A stretch of 32,599 bases of DNA from Chthonomonadaceae bacterium (GTDB lineage Bacteria; Armatimonadota; Chthonomonadetes; Chthonomonadales; Chthonomonadaceae). The stretch is taken from positions 1 through 32,599 of the forward strand of contig DASRGZ010000042.1 of the NCBI GenBank assembly GCA_035650735.1, written 5' to 3'. Of this stretch, positions 1-12,510 are shown in pieces. Positions within the stretch are counted from its first letter, which is position 1, and each line of letters opens with the position of its first letter. Both the position numbers and the translations under genes were made by a program. Under the pieces are notes generated by a model that saw nothing but the letters and a program-made list of their open reading frames with translations, made no database searches and was not told the origin of the DNA.

Positions 1-1948
<1,948 letters not shown>

Positions 1949-1951
<3 letters not shown>

Positions 1952-2017
1952 GGTATAGGGTGTTGGGTATAGGGAAAAGCCTGTTTTCGACACCCGACAC
2001 CCTACACCCCATACCCT
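1949..2017. repeat. Heptamer tandem arrays: (TAGGGTA)-like x4 and the complementary (CACCCKA)-like x4, forming an imperfect hairpin
   Basis: tagggta-tagggtg-ttgggta-taggg at 1949-1974 and cacccga-cacccta-cacccca-taccct at about 1991-2017; a related array lies at 12445-12476. Confidence 0.85.
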
Positions 2018-2033
2018 CTGAGGGAGTACTGAG

Positions 2034-3500
<1,467 letters not shown>

Positions 3501-3508
3501 GTTGGATG

Positions 3509-3869
3509 ACCTAACCCCCCGGTCCCCACTGGACGGGTCGGGGCTACAATGGACTGCAAGGGACGCCGCTCAACAATTCGCGGCTCTGCCTTGCGACACC
3601 CCTCCGCCTTGCGGCCCTGATTCGCCGCTAACGCGGCAGGGAAGGGGGGGACCCGGCTTCTCCTCTTATAAGGAGAGGGGGAGGGGTGAGGTTGTCTCCA
3701 CCCGCGAGAATTAAGAATCTAACGAGGTCGCACAAACCTGGGTCACCCCCTTCCCTCGTAGGGTCACTAGGCGGAGGGCTGCTGCAAGGGACGCCGCTCA
3801 ACAATTCGCGGCTCTGCCTTGCAGTCCATTGTAGCCCCGACCCTTGCAGTGGGGACCGGGGGGTTAGGT
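3509..3869. repeat. Composite REP/MITE-like element with 53-bp terminal inverted repeats between actC and actD
   Basis: 3509-3561 is the near-perfect reverse complement of 3817-3869; internal 41-bp direct repeat at 3554-3594 and 3782-3822; related sequence at 6948-7041 and 12247-12500. Confidence 0.9.
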
Positions 3870-3878
3870 GCAAACGTG

Positions 3879-4421
3879 ATGAGAAGAACAAAGCCATCCA
3901 TCTTTGGCCTGGTGGCCGAATTCCGTGAGCCAGAGGAGATCGTCGAGGCGGCAAAGCACGCCCGCGAGGCCGGTTATCGTCAGATGGACGCCTATACGCC
4001 GTTTCCGGTCCATGGACTGAGCGAGGCCCTGGATTTTGAAGACAACCGGGTTCCCTGGATCATCTTCCTGAGCGGCCTATCGGGAGCGATCCTGGGCTAC
4101 CTGATGCAGGTTTTTATCTCGGTGGTGGACTTTCCCCTGAACGTCGGCGGGCGACCCTACCATAGCTGGCCGGCCTTTGTCCCGGTCACCTTCGAGTGTA
4201 CGATCCTGCTGGCCTCCTTCGGCGCGACCATCGGGATGCTGGCCCTCAACGGCCTGCCGCGGCCCTACCACCCGATCTTCAACGCGCCCCGCTTTGAGCT
4301 GGCATCCCAGGATCGGTTCTTCCTCTGCATCGAAGCCACCGATCCCAAGTTTGACCGCGAGCGCACGGAGCAGTTCCTGGAGGGCCTGCATCCGGTATCG
4401 GTCTCGGAAGTGGAGAATTGA
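3879..4421 (+). CDS. actD: Alternative complex III subunit ActD (DUF3341)
   Basis: DAYTPFPVHGL, LNVGGRP and WPAFVPVTFE motifs, two TM helices. Start set at ATG 3879 (GTG 3876 possible) because the longer ORF begins inside the repeat. Confidence 0.92.
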   Translation: MRRTKPSIFGLVAEFREPEEIVEAAKHAREAGYRQMDAYTPFPVHGLSEALDFEDNRVPWIIFLSGLSGAILGYLMQVFISVVDFPLNVGGRPYHSWPAFVPVTFECTILLASFGATIGMLALNGLPRPYHPIFNAPRFELASQDRFFLCIEATDPKFDRERTEQFLEGLHPVSVSEVEN

Positions 4422-4423
4422 GA

Positions 4424-5137
4424 ATGATGGGGAAGGAGAAACCTGTTTCTCGCCTGCGTATAGGGAGGCCGCTGCGGGCCGGGCTGATGCTCGGATCGGC
4501 GCTCAGCCTGGTCTTGCTGGCGGGCTGCCACTGGGACATGTGGATTCAGCCCAAAGCCCTGCCGCTGCAGCGGAGCGCGTTCTTCCCCAATCAGATGGCG
4601 TCCCGCCCGCCGGTGCCCAACACCGTGGAGCACACCTTCGGGCAGGCCATCCTCCATACGGACAATCCTTACTTTACCGGGATGGCCAACGGCAAGCTGG
4701 TGACGCAGATACCGGCGGAGGCATTCCTGCACTTCCCAGGGAATACCCCGCAGGAGAGGCTGCGCGCCATGCTTGAACGCGGGCAGGACCGCTTCACCAT
4801 CTTCTGCACGCCCTGCCACGGCGCGCTGGGCGACGGCAACGGCATGATCGCGCAGCGTGGGTTCGCGCTGCGCCGCCAGCCGGGAAACTATCATACGGAC
4901 AGGCTGCGCAATATGCCCGACGGCCATTTCTTTGATGTCATTACCAACGGCTACGGCGTCATGTTTAGCTACGCCAGCCGTGTACAGGATCCGGCAGACC
5001 GCTGGGCGATTGTGGCCTACATCCGCGCCCTGCAGCTAAGCCAACACGCTACCACAAACGACGTGCCGCCGGCGGAGATGCAGCGGCTTCAAGCGGAGGG
5101 CGCTGCCCAGCCAGGCGGCACGCCGATAGGGAGATAA
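4424..5137 (+). CDS. actE: Alternative complex III subunit ActE (monoheme cytochrome c lipoprotein)
   Basis: Lipobox LAGC followed by DMWIQPK; single CTPCH heme motif; DRWAIVAYIRALQ. Exact start uncertain (4418/4424/4427). Confidence 0.92.
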   Translation: MMGKEKPVSRLRIGRPLRAGLMLGSALSLVLLAGCHWDMWIQPKALPLQRSAFFPNQMASRPPVPNTVEHTFGQAILHTDNPYFTGMANGKLVTQIPAEAFLHFPGNTPQERLRAMLERGQDRFTIFCTPCHGALGDGNGMIAQRGFALRRQPGNYHTDRLRNMPDGHFFDVITNGYGVMFSYASRVQDPADRWAIVAYIRALQLSQHATTNDVPPAEMQRLQAEGAAQPGGTPIGR

Positions 5138-5139
5138 TT

Positions 5140-6219
5140 GTGGAATCCTGGTCATTCTGGCAATCCTATATCTTCGCCTGGACCTTCTGGACCAGCCTGA
5201 CGGTGGGCTGCATCGGCCTGATGCTGATGCAGAACATCGTCCGGGCCGTCTGGGGATACCCGGTGGTTCGGATGTGTGAGGCAGGCGCCAAGCTGCTGCC
5301 GCTGATGTTTGTGCTGTACCTGATACTCTTTGCTTTTGGTCGGAGCGAGCTCTATCCCTGGGCGCAGCCGGCCCTGGTCGCCAAAGATCCGGTGCTCCAG
5401 TACAAGATGCGCTTCATGAGCGGCTGGCAGGTCATGTTGCGGGTCTTCCTCATTATGGTCTTCTGGGGGATACTGATCCTGATCAATCTGCGCTCCTCGC
5501 GCCGCCAGGATGAGACCGGCGACGAGAACGAGGCGCGGCTGCGCACCAACGTCAGCTCGCCTGGATTGGTCTTCTTTATCCTGACGCTCACCTTTGTCTT
5601 TACCGATACCGTGATGTCGCTGGAGCCGCACTGGTACTCCACGATCTACGGCTTGCTGTTCATGGCCGACTCCGGGCTGGTGGGCTTCTCCTTCGTGACC
5701 ATCCTGCTGATGCTGTTCAGGAACCGGGAGCCGTACCGGGGCGTCGTCAATCGCGTGGTGATGCGCGACCTGGGCAACCTGCTTCTGACCTTCACGATGG
5801 TCTGGGCCTACTTCAACATCTCCCAGTTTTTGATCCAGTGGTCGGGCAACCTGCCGGAAGAGGTCAGCTACTACTTTGTGCGCGATAACGATCCCTGGCG
5901 GTGGCTGGGCATCCTGACGATGATCGGACAGTTCTTCCTGCCCTTCCTGCTCCTGCTTTCCAACCGGGCCAAGCGTGAGCCGCAGAAACTGCTCGCGGTC
6001 GCCGCGCTGATCTTTATCGTGCGCGCCGCCGACATCTACTGGATCATCATCCCGACCTTCCGCACGCAAGGCCCCGGCCTGGGAGGGCTGGTGGACCTGG
6101 GTATCTGGCTCGTGATGGGCGCGATCTGGCTGGCCGGCTTCTTTGCGCTGCTGAAGACCCGCCCGCTCCTGCCGCGCTACATCACGGAATCGCAGATGGA
6201 GGCATTGGAACATGCGTAG
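5140..6219 (+). CDS. actF: Alternative complex III subunit ActF (membrane subunit)
   Basis: MSLEPHWYSTIYG, DLGNLLLTFTMVWAY and SQFLIQWSGNLPEE motifs; position after actE. Confidence 0.9.
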   Translation: MESWSFWQSYIFAWTFWTSLTVGCIGLMLMQNIVRAVWGYPVVRMCEAGAKLLPLMFVLYLILFAFGRSELYPWAQPALVAKDPVLQYKMRFMSGWQVMLRVFLIMVFWGILILINLRSSRRQDETGDENEARLRTNVSSPGLVFFILTLTFVFTDTVMSLEPHWYSTIYGLLFMADSGLVGFSFVTILLMLFRNREPYRGVVNRVVMRDLGNLLLTFTMVWAYFNISQFLIQWSGNLPEEVSYYFVRDNDPWRWLGILTMIGQFFLPFLLLLSNRAKREPQKLLAVAALIFIVRAADIYWIIIPTFRTQGPGLGGLVDLGIWLVMGAIWLAGFFALLKTRPLLPRYITESQMEALEHA

Positions 6220-6856
6220 CGCCCAACATCCCACGCCCGCCCCGGAGCAAGAGGAGCACGCCCACGGCATTACCACCTTTGAGTCGCGAGATCTCTCGCT
6301 GAGCGCTCTGATCAAGTGGGCCGTCTTTCTGTTCGCCTTTATCGGCTTCTGCTCGGCCGTGACCTACGGGATCTATCGCTTCCTGGTCGCGCAAACTCCG
6401 GAGCCGCCCGGGCCGGTAGCGGGGGTCTCCGCGCAGCGGCCTCCGGAGCCGCGCTTGCAGACCGAGCCGCGGGCGGATATGCGGCGCTATCGTCAAGATG
6501 AAGAGAGATCGCTCAACAGCTATGGCTGGGTGGATCGGAGTGCGGGCGTGGTCCATATCCCCATCCAGCAGGCGATGAATCTGCTGGTACAAAGAGGGCT
6601 GCCGACGCCCACCGGCGCGGCGGCCAACCCGCCCAACTTCCCGGGGCATCCGCCGACGTCAACGGAGCAGCCGACGCCGGGCGAAATCGGCGCGCCAAAT
6701 CAGGCCGCTACGGGCACCATGCCGGGCCCCGGAGGGAAGGCCGCCCCGCCGAGCGGCGCCGAGCCGATCAACGGCGTGCCGCCGCCGCCCTTGCAGCAGC
6801 CGACAACGCCCAACGCCCAACCCGCCCCGGGCCAGCCTAGCCAGCCTAGTAGGTAA
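6212..6856 (+). CDS. Single-TM ACIII-associated protein (ActG-like) with Pro-rich tail
   Basis: One hydrophobic helix, PPEPRLQ and LNSYGWVDR..G.VHIPI segments; overlaps the actF stop; lies between actF and SCO. Confidence 0.7.
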   Translation: MRSAQHPTPAPEQEEHAHGITTFESRDLSLSALIKWAVFLFAFIGFCSAVTYGIYRFLVAQTPEPPGPVAGVSAQRPPEPRLQTEPRADMRRYRQDEERSLNSYGWVDRSAGVVHIPIQQAMNLLVQRGLPTPTGAAANPPNFPGHPPTSTEQPTPGEIGAPNQAATGTMPGPGGKAAPPSGAEPINGVPPPPLQQPTTPNAQPAPGQPSQPSR

Positions 6857-6905
6857 GTAGGTAGGCCCGCCTGGTCTCTCTATGATGGGCGGTTGGCAAG
6901 CGGCA

Positions 6906-7136
6906 GGCTAAACCCTGCCGCTGTGGGGCCTACGGCCCGCTCTGCTAGGGTCGGGCCTACAATGGACTGCCAGGGGCGGCGCTGCAATGGTTCGCGCCTC
7001 CGCCTCGCGACAGCGCTCTGCCTTGCGACAGCCCTCCGCCTAGCGGCACCTACGCGGGCACCAAATAGCCTACCGAAAGGCTGTGTCCGCGTAGGTGGAC
7101 ACTAGGCCGTAGGCTACCCAGCGAAGGGCTTTAGCC
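6906..7136. repeat. REP-like palindromic composite carrying a copy of the ~80-bp shared module
   Basis: Outer inverted repeat ggctaaaccct...gcctacggcc / ggccgtaggc...agggctttagcc; inner hairpin cacctacgcgggcac / gtgtccgcgtaggtg; module at 6948-7041. Confidence 0.8.
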
Positions 7137-7194
7137 CGTCGCATAGAATAGGCCGACACTGAGCGGAACGCCGCAGAGGAGGGAATTCATTTCC

Positions 7195-7223
7195 TTGGGA
7201 TAGAGGGACCGAACGGGTATACT
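7195..7223 (+). promoter_or_regulatory. Possible internal sigma70-type promoter for sco-cox
   Basis: TTGGGA-N17-TATACT about 50 bp upstream of SCO. Confidence 0.3.
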
Positions 7224-7273
7224 TAACCTTTCTGAAGGGAACATGAGGGAGAGGGCGTATCCGTGGTAAGAAA

Positions 7274-8191
7274 GTGCAGGTAAGAATGATAGCTCGATGG
7301 TTCACGCGACGCTTTGTCGCTTATAGCAGTCTCTTGATGCTCCTGGGCCTGGGCGCGCTGCCCGCCGCCGCGCAGACAGGTGGGGGCGGGCTCCGGTACG
7401 ATCCCGGCGCGAGCCCGGCGCAGGATATGATCAAGCAAACCGGCCTCGAACAGAAGCTCGATTCCCAGGTGCCGGTGGATGCGCTCCAGTTCCGAGAGGA
7501 GACCGGCAATGTCACGCCGCTGAGCGCCTATTTTGGCAAGAAGCCGGTACTGCTGATGATGCCCTTCTATCAATGCACCGGCATCTGCACGACGGAGCTT
7601 AACGGATTGGTCAAGGCGCTGCAGAAGATACGCTACAAGCCGGGCAGCGAGTTCAACGTGGTGATCGTAAGCATCAACCCGAAAGAGGGCCCGCTGCTGG
7701 CGAAGGGGAAGAAGGAAGACTACCTGCAGCTCTACGGTCACCCGGAAACCGCAGACGGCTGGCACTTTCTCACCGGCGACGAGGCCAACATCCGGCGCCT
7801 GGCCGATGCCGTCGGCTATCACTACGTCTATGACGCGCGCACGGATCGCTACTCCCATCCGGCAGGCCTGATGGTGCTGACGCCCCAGGGCAAGGTGTCC
7901 CGCTATTTCTATGGGGCCGAATACAACCCGCGCGACCTGCGCTTCGCCCTGATGGATGCCTCCGAGAACAAGATCGGCTCGCTGGTCGAGGAGATTCAGC
8001 TCTTCTGCTTCCATTACGATCCGGCCACAGGCAAATACGGACTGGTCATCATGCGGGTGCTGCAACTGGCCGGAGCGCTGACCGTGCTATGCCTGGGCGG
8101 TTTCCTGACCCTGATGTTCCGCTATGAGCGACGGCGGGGGCAGCTTCTGCCCCCCGAGGCGCCGGAGCAGATGCGCGCCGATCTGAAGTAG
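7274..8191 (+). CDS. SCO1/SenC-family copper chaperone
   Basis: CTGIC (CxxxC), GWHFLTG, distal His in YSHPAG, and C-terminal FCFHYDP..GKY plus TM; directly upstream of coxB. Start may be ATG 7286. Confidence 0.92.
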   Translation: MQVRMIARWFTRRFVAYSSLLMLLGLGALPAAAQTGGGGLRYDPGASPAQDMIKQTGLEQKLDSQVPVDALQFREETGNVTPLSAYFGKKPVLLMMPFYQCTGICTTELNGLVKALQKIRYKPGSEFNVVIVSINPKEGPLLAKGKKEDYLQLYGHPETADGWHFLTGDEANIRRLADAVGYHYVYDARTDRYSHPAGLMVLTPQGKVSRYFYGAEYNPRDLRFALMDASENKIGSLVEEIQLFCFHYDPATGKYGLVIMRVLQLAGALTVLCLGGFLTLMFRYERRRGQLLPPEAPEQMRADLK

Positions 8192-8215
8192 GCGCGCGAC
8201 GCAGGAGGAGTTTTC

Positions 8216-9355
8216 ATGCCTGAGGAGGCATCTACTTATGCAGGGCCTTACGATCTGCTCTTCCTGGCCCTGACAATATTAACGGTGGTCTTCACCTTCC
8301 TGGTGCTGGGATTTCTCATCTTCCTGGCCATACGCTACCGGCGCGGCGCGCGGGTGGACCGCTCCCGGCCCATCAGCCACGACATCCGGCTGGAGCTGAC
8401 CTGGTCGATCATCCCGCTGCTGCTGGGATTGGGCGTGTTCGCCTGGGCGGCGGTGCTGTTTCCCTCCGTGTATCGGCCCCCGGCCAACGCCGAGGAGATC
8501 TTCGTCATCGGCAAGCAGTGGATGTGGCATATCCAGCACCCCAACGGGATACGCGAGAACAACGAGTTGCACGTGCCGACCGGCAGGCCGTTCAAGCTGA
8601 CGATGATCTCCCAGGACGTGATCCACAGCTTCTTTATTCCGGCGTTCCGCGTCAAGCGCGATGTGATTCCGGGCCGCTACACGACCGCGTGGTTCCAGGC
8701 GACCAAGCCGGGCAAATACCATATCTTCTGCGCCGAGTATTGCGGCACCAACCACTCGGAGATGACGGGCTATGTCTACGTCCTGACGCCGGAGGATTAC
8801 CAGCGCTGGGTAGAGAACAATGGCCCCAGCGGAGAAGCCCCGGGCAGCACGGCGGTGCTGACAATGGCGGAGGCCGGCCACCAGCTCTACACCCAGCTAG
8901 CCTGCGGCACCTGCCACGACCCGGATGCGCTTAATCGCGGCCCCCTGCTCGAAGGCATCTATGGCACGCAGGGCAAGCTGCCCAACGGCCAGCCCGCGCC
9001 GGTAGATAACACCTATATTCGCGAATGGCTTCTGAATCCGAGCGAGCGGCTCTCGCAGAAATATCAGCAGAGCATGCCTTCCTATAAGGGGCAGCTAACC
9101 GAATTTCAGATATTACAGCTTGCGGCCTACATTCAATCGCTGCGTCCGGGCGGCGCACAGCCCCCGCCGACGGCCCCCAGCACGCCGCAACGCCGGCGGC
9201 GCGGCGGAAATGCGGCCCCAATAGCGGCGGGCGGCAGCCAGCCGGCGGCAGCCCAGAGCCCGCAGACGACCCTTACCGGCGCTGCCGGCGCCACCACGCC
9301 CGCCGGAGCGCAAGCAACCAATACGGGGAATCAAAATGGCAGCAACAACCGTTGA
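8216..9355 (+). CDS. coxB: Cytochrome c oxidase subunit II with fused cytochrome c (caa3 type)
   Basis: Two TMs, KQWMW, DVIHSF, CuA motif [13 protein letters not shown]-terminal CGTCH...MP; RBS aggagg. Confidence 0.96.
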   Translation: MPEEASTYAGPYDLLFLALTILTVVFTFLVLGFLIFLAIRYRRGARVDRSRPISHDIRLELTWSIIPLLLGLGVFAWAAVLFPSVYRPPANAEEIFVIGKQWMWHIQHPNGIRENNELHVPTGRPFKLTMISQDVIHSFFIPAFRVKRDVIPGRYTTAWFQATKPGKYHIFCAEYCGTNHSEMTGYVYVLTPEDYQRWVENNGPSGEAPGSTAVLTMAEAGHQLYTQLACGTCHDPDALNRGPLLEGIYGTQGKLPNGQPAPVDNTYIREWLLNPSERLSQKYQQSMPSYKGQLTEFQILQLAAYIQSLRPGGAQPPPTAPSTPQRRRRGGNAAPIAAGGSQPAAAQSPQTTLTGAAGATTPAGAQATNTGNQNGSNNR

Positions 9356-11096
9356 ACCGGGCGCCCTGCGCGAAAGGCGCACTGCGCTCCACGAGAACTA
9401 CCTGAACGTCAAGCATACCGTGGCCTCGTGGCTGTTGACCATAGACCACAAGCGCATTGCTGTGCTCTATCTGGTTTCCATCAGCTTCTTCTTTGTCATT
9501 GGGGCCGCTGCCGCCGGAATGGTGCGCGCGGAGCTGACCAGCCACAATGGGCTCTTCCTGACCAACGAGGGCTACAACAAGGCGTTCACCATCCACGGGA
9601 TCATCATGGTCTTCTTCTTCCTGGTGCCCGCTATTCCGGCGACACTGGGCAACTTCCTGATCCCGCTGATGATCGGCGCCAAAGACCTGGCCTTCCCTCG
9701 GCTCAACCTGTTGAGCTGGTATCTGTATATCTCCGGCGGCGTGCTCGCACTGTCCGCGCTGTTCTTGGGCGGCGTGGATACGGGCTGGACCTTCTACACC
9801 CCCTATAGCAGCATCTACAGCAACACCAACGTCGTCATCATGATCCTGGGCATCTTCCTGGCCGGCTTCTCCTCCATTGCCACCGGCATGAACTTCATCG
9901 TGACGATACACAAGATGCGCGCGCCGGGGATGACCTGGTTCCGGCTGCCCCTGTTCGTGTGGGCGCACTACGCGACCAGCCTGATCATGATACTTGGCAC
10001 GCCGGTCGTCGCCATTACGCTGCTTTTGGTGGTGGTGGAGCGCACGCTGCATCTGGGCATCTTCGACCCGGCGTTGGGCGGCGACCCTGTCCTGTTCCAG
10101 CATCTGTTCTGGTTCTACTCGCATCCGGCGGTCTATATTATGATCGTGCCGGGCATGGGCGTCGTCAGCGAGATCATGGCCTGCTTCTCGCGCAAGCGGG
10201 TGTTCGGCTATACCTTTGTGGCCTTCTCCAGTATCGCCATTGCGGTGCTTGGCTTCTTCGTCTGGGGGCACCATCTGTTTGTTACCAGCCAGTCCATGTA
10301 TTCGAGCATGGTGTTCTCCATCCTGAGCTTCCTGGTGGCGATCCCCTCGGCGATCAAGGTCTTTAACTGGACGGCCACCGTCTATAAGGGCCGCATCTGG
10401 TTTACCGCCCCGATGCTCTACGCGATGGGCTTCATCGGCCTGTTCACTATCGGAGGTCTGACCGGGCTGTACCTGGCCTCACTGGCCATTGACGTCCACC
10501 TGACGGACACCTATTTCGTCATTGCCCACTTCCACTACGTTATGGTGGGCGGCCAGATCATGGCCTACCTGGGTGGGGTGCATTTCTGGTGGCCCAAGAT
10601 CTCGGGGCGCACGTATCCCGAGGGAATAGCGATGCTGGCGGCGGTCGTGACCTTCATCGGCTTCAACCTGACCTTCTTCCCGCAGTTTGTCATGGGCTAC
10701 CAGGGTATGCCGCGCCGCTACCACATCTACGCCGAGGAGTTCCAGTTCTATCATATCCTCTCTACGGCGGGTGCGACCGTTCTTGGCGTTGGCTATGCGA
10801 TGCCGGCCTTCTACCTGCTCTGGTCGCTACGGTATGGCAAGCTAGCCACGGCCAACCCCTGGGGAGCCGTCGGGTTGGAATGGATGACCCCCTCGCCGCC
10901 GCCAACGCATAACTTCGAGGATACCCCGACAGTGACCTGGGAAGCCTATGCCTATCGGTCGGATGTGGAGGAAGAGGCGCAGGCGGATCGCGAGAGCATG
11001 CCGGGCCTGGGCGAAGCGGTTGAAGAAGAGGCGGAACTGGACCGCCGGGAAGGGCGCACGCCACCGGAGTTCGGGGGCGCGCCCGCAGGAGATTGA
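9336..11096 (+). CDS. coxA: Cytochrome c oxidase subunit I, type A2
   Basis: [21 protein letters not shown] (the YS motif defines A2), WGHH, HFHY, GMPRRY. Confidence 0.97.
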   Translation: MAATTVEPGALRERRTALHENYLNVKHTVASWLLTIDHKRIAVLYLVSISFFFVIGAAAAGMVRAELTSHNGLFLTNEGYNKAFTIHGIIMVFFFLVPAIPATLGNFLIPLMIGAKDLAFPRLNLLSWYLYISGGVLALSALFLGGVDTGWTFYTPYSSIYSNTNVVIMILGIFLAGFSSIATGMNFIVTIHKMRAPGMTWFRLPLFVWAHYATSLIMILGTPVVAITLLLVVVERTLHLGIFDPALGGDPVLFQHLFWFYSHPAVYIMIVPGMGVVSEIMACFSRKRVFGYTFVAFSSIAIAVLGFFVWGHHLFVTSQSMYSSMVFSILSFLVAIPSAIKVFNWTATVYKGRIWFTAPMLYAMGFIGLFTIGGLTGLYLASLAIDVHLTDTYFVIAHFHYVMVGGQIMAYLGGVHFWWPKISGRTYPEGIAMLAAVVTFIGFNLTFFPQFVMGYQGMPRRYHIYAEEFQFYHILSTAGATVLGVGYAMPAFYLLWSLRYGKLATANPWGAVGLEWMTPSPPPTHNFEDTPTVTWEAYAYRSDVEEEAQADRESMPGLGEAVEEEAELDRREGRTPPEFGGAPAGD

Positions 11097-11099
11097 TGC

Positions 11100-11876
11100 A
11101 TGAGCGCGGAAGCAGTCCACGCAGAACACGGCCTGGAACAGCACGTAGGGGTGCAATATAGCACGATTGAGCAGCAGAACGAGTCCTACATCGTCGGGAT
11201 GTGGACGTTCCTGGTCACGGAGATCATGTTCTTCGGCGCGCTGTTCTTGGCGCTGACGATCTACCGGTCCCTCTATCCGGCGGAATTCAGCGAGGCGCAT
11301 CACCGGCTGGATAAGTTCCTGGGCACCGTCAACACGTTCATTCTGCTGTCAAGCAGCTTCTCGATGGCGCTGGCGGTGCGCTATGCGCAGCTGGGCCAGC
11401 GGAAGGGCCTCATCGCCATGCTGCTGGTGACGGTGCTGTTTGCGGCCGGCTTCCTGGGCGTGAAGTCGATAGAATATGGCACCAAGTTCGAGCACCACCT
11501 TTTCCCCGGCCCTAGCTTCGACTTCAACTATGAAGAGAGGGAGAAGCAGGGGATTGCGGAGGGCGGCATGGCGGCGCGCGGGGAGGAGCAGGCCGCCGTC
11601 GCGGGTCCCATAGGACTCGAGACCAACCGGACGACGGGGCCGGTCCTCGAGGACCGGAAGCAGATGTTCTTCGTGCTCTATTTCGCCATGACGGGCCTGC
11701 ACGCCATTCACGTCTTGATCGGCATGGTGGTGATGCTGGTAATCATCCTCCTCGCGGCCATAGATCACCCCGCCGTGCGGGACTATATCCCTATTGAGAT
11801 GGCCGGCCTCTACTGGCACTTTGTGGATATTGTCTGGATCTTTCTGTTTCCGCTACTCTACTTGATAGGACATTAA
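11100..11876 (+). CDS. coxC: Cytochrome c oxidase subunit III
   Basis: GMWTFLVTEIMFFG, TGLHAIHV, GLYWHFVDIVWIFLFPLLY. Confidence 0.95.
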   Translation: MSAEAVHAEHGLEQHVGVQYSTIEQQNESYIVGMWTFLVTEIMFFGALFLALTIYRSLYPAEFSEAHHRLDKFLGTVNTFILLSSSFSMALAVRYAQLGQRKGLIAMLLVTVLFAAGFLGVKSIEYGTKFEHHLFPGPSFDFNYEEREKQGIAEGGMAARGEEQAAVAGPIGLETNRTTGPVLEDRKQMFFVLYFAMTGLHAIHVLIGMVVMLVIILLAAIDHPAVRDYIPIEMAGLYWHFVDIVWIFLFPLLYLIGH

Positions 11877-11878
11877 GG

Positions 11879-12169
11879 ATGGAACATCACGTCTTGTCTG
11901 TGAAGACCTACGCCAGCGTATATGCGGCGCTGCTGGTGCTGCTGGTGCTGACCGTCGTCGCGGCCAATTTCAATTTCGGGACGTTCAATATTGTGGTGGC
12001 CCTGATCATCGGCGTGACCAAGGCCGTGCTGGTCATTCTCTACTTTATGGGCGTCAAGTTCGGCACGCGATTGATCTGGCTGTGGGCCAGCATCGGGTTT
12101 GTCTGGTTCGTGCTTTTGTTCCTGACCCTGGGCGACTATATCACGCGCGGCTCGGTGATCGGCTGGTAG
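11879..12169 (+). CDS. coxD: Cytochrome c oxidase subunit IV
   Basis: 96-aa three-TM protein with KAVLVILYFM; last gene of the operon. Confidence 0.88.
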   Translation: MEHHVLSVKTYASVYAALLVLLVLTVVAANFNFGTFNIVVALIIGVTKAVLVILYFMGVKFGTRLIWLWASIGFVWFVLLFLTLGDYITRGSVIGW

Positions 12170-12201
12170 CGCCTGCGTTCGCAGTCAGAGCTTATTCTAG
12201 C

Positions 12202-12243
12202 AAAGCGCCCTGTCCCGTTCGGTCGGGGGCAGGGCGCTTTTTT
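12202..12243 (+). terminator. Intrinsic terminator of the act-cox operon
   Basis: agcgccctgtccc / ggggcagggcgct stem followed by a T run. Confidence 0.85.
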
Positions 12244-12246
12244 GTT

Positions 12247-12500
12247 ACCTAAACCCCCGGCCCCTTCCCTAGCCGCTCGTCCCTCGCTAGGGAAGGGGGG
12301 GACCCGGCTTCTCGGTTTCCCCTCTCCCGCAGCGTGGATCGCAAGGCGGAGGGCTGTCGCAAGGCAGAGCCGCGAACCGTTGAGCGGCGTCCCTTGCAGT
12401 CCGTTGAGGCCCGACCCTGGCAGTAGGGGCCGGGGTGAGGGCGCCCCTACACCCTATACCCTACTCCCTACACCCTGCATGAGGGGCCGGGGGTGAGGGC
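12247..12500. repeat. REP composite related to 3509-3869, with the shared module (minus strand) and a heptamer array
   Basis: acctaaacccccggccccttccc...gggaagggggggacccggcttctc matches about 3639-3662; 12340-12417 is the reverse complement of about 3535-3613; (CCCTACA)-like x4 at 12445-12476. Confidence 0.85.
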
Positions 12501-12510
12501 AGAACACGTT

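Noticed and set aside
6833..6866. Short repeats cagcctag x2 and (a)gtaggt x2-3 at the end of the ActG-like gene
   Set aside because: Too short and degenerate to support a separate claim.
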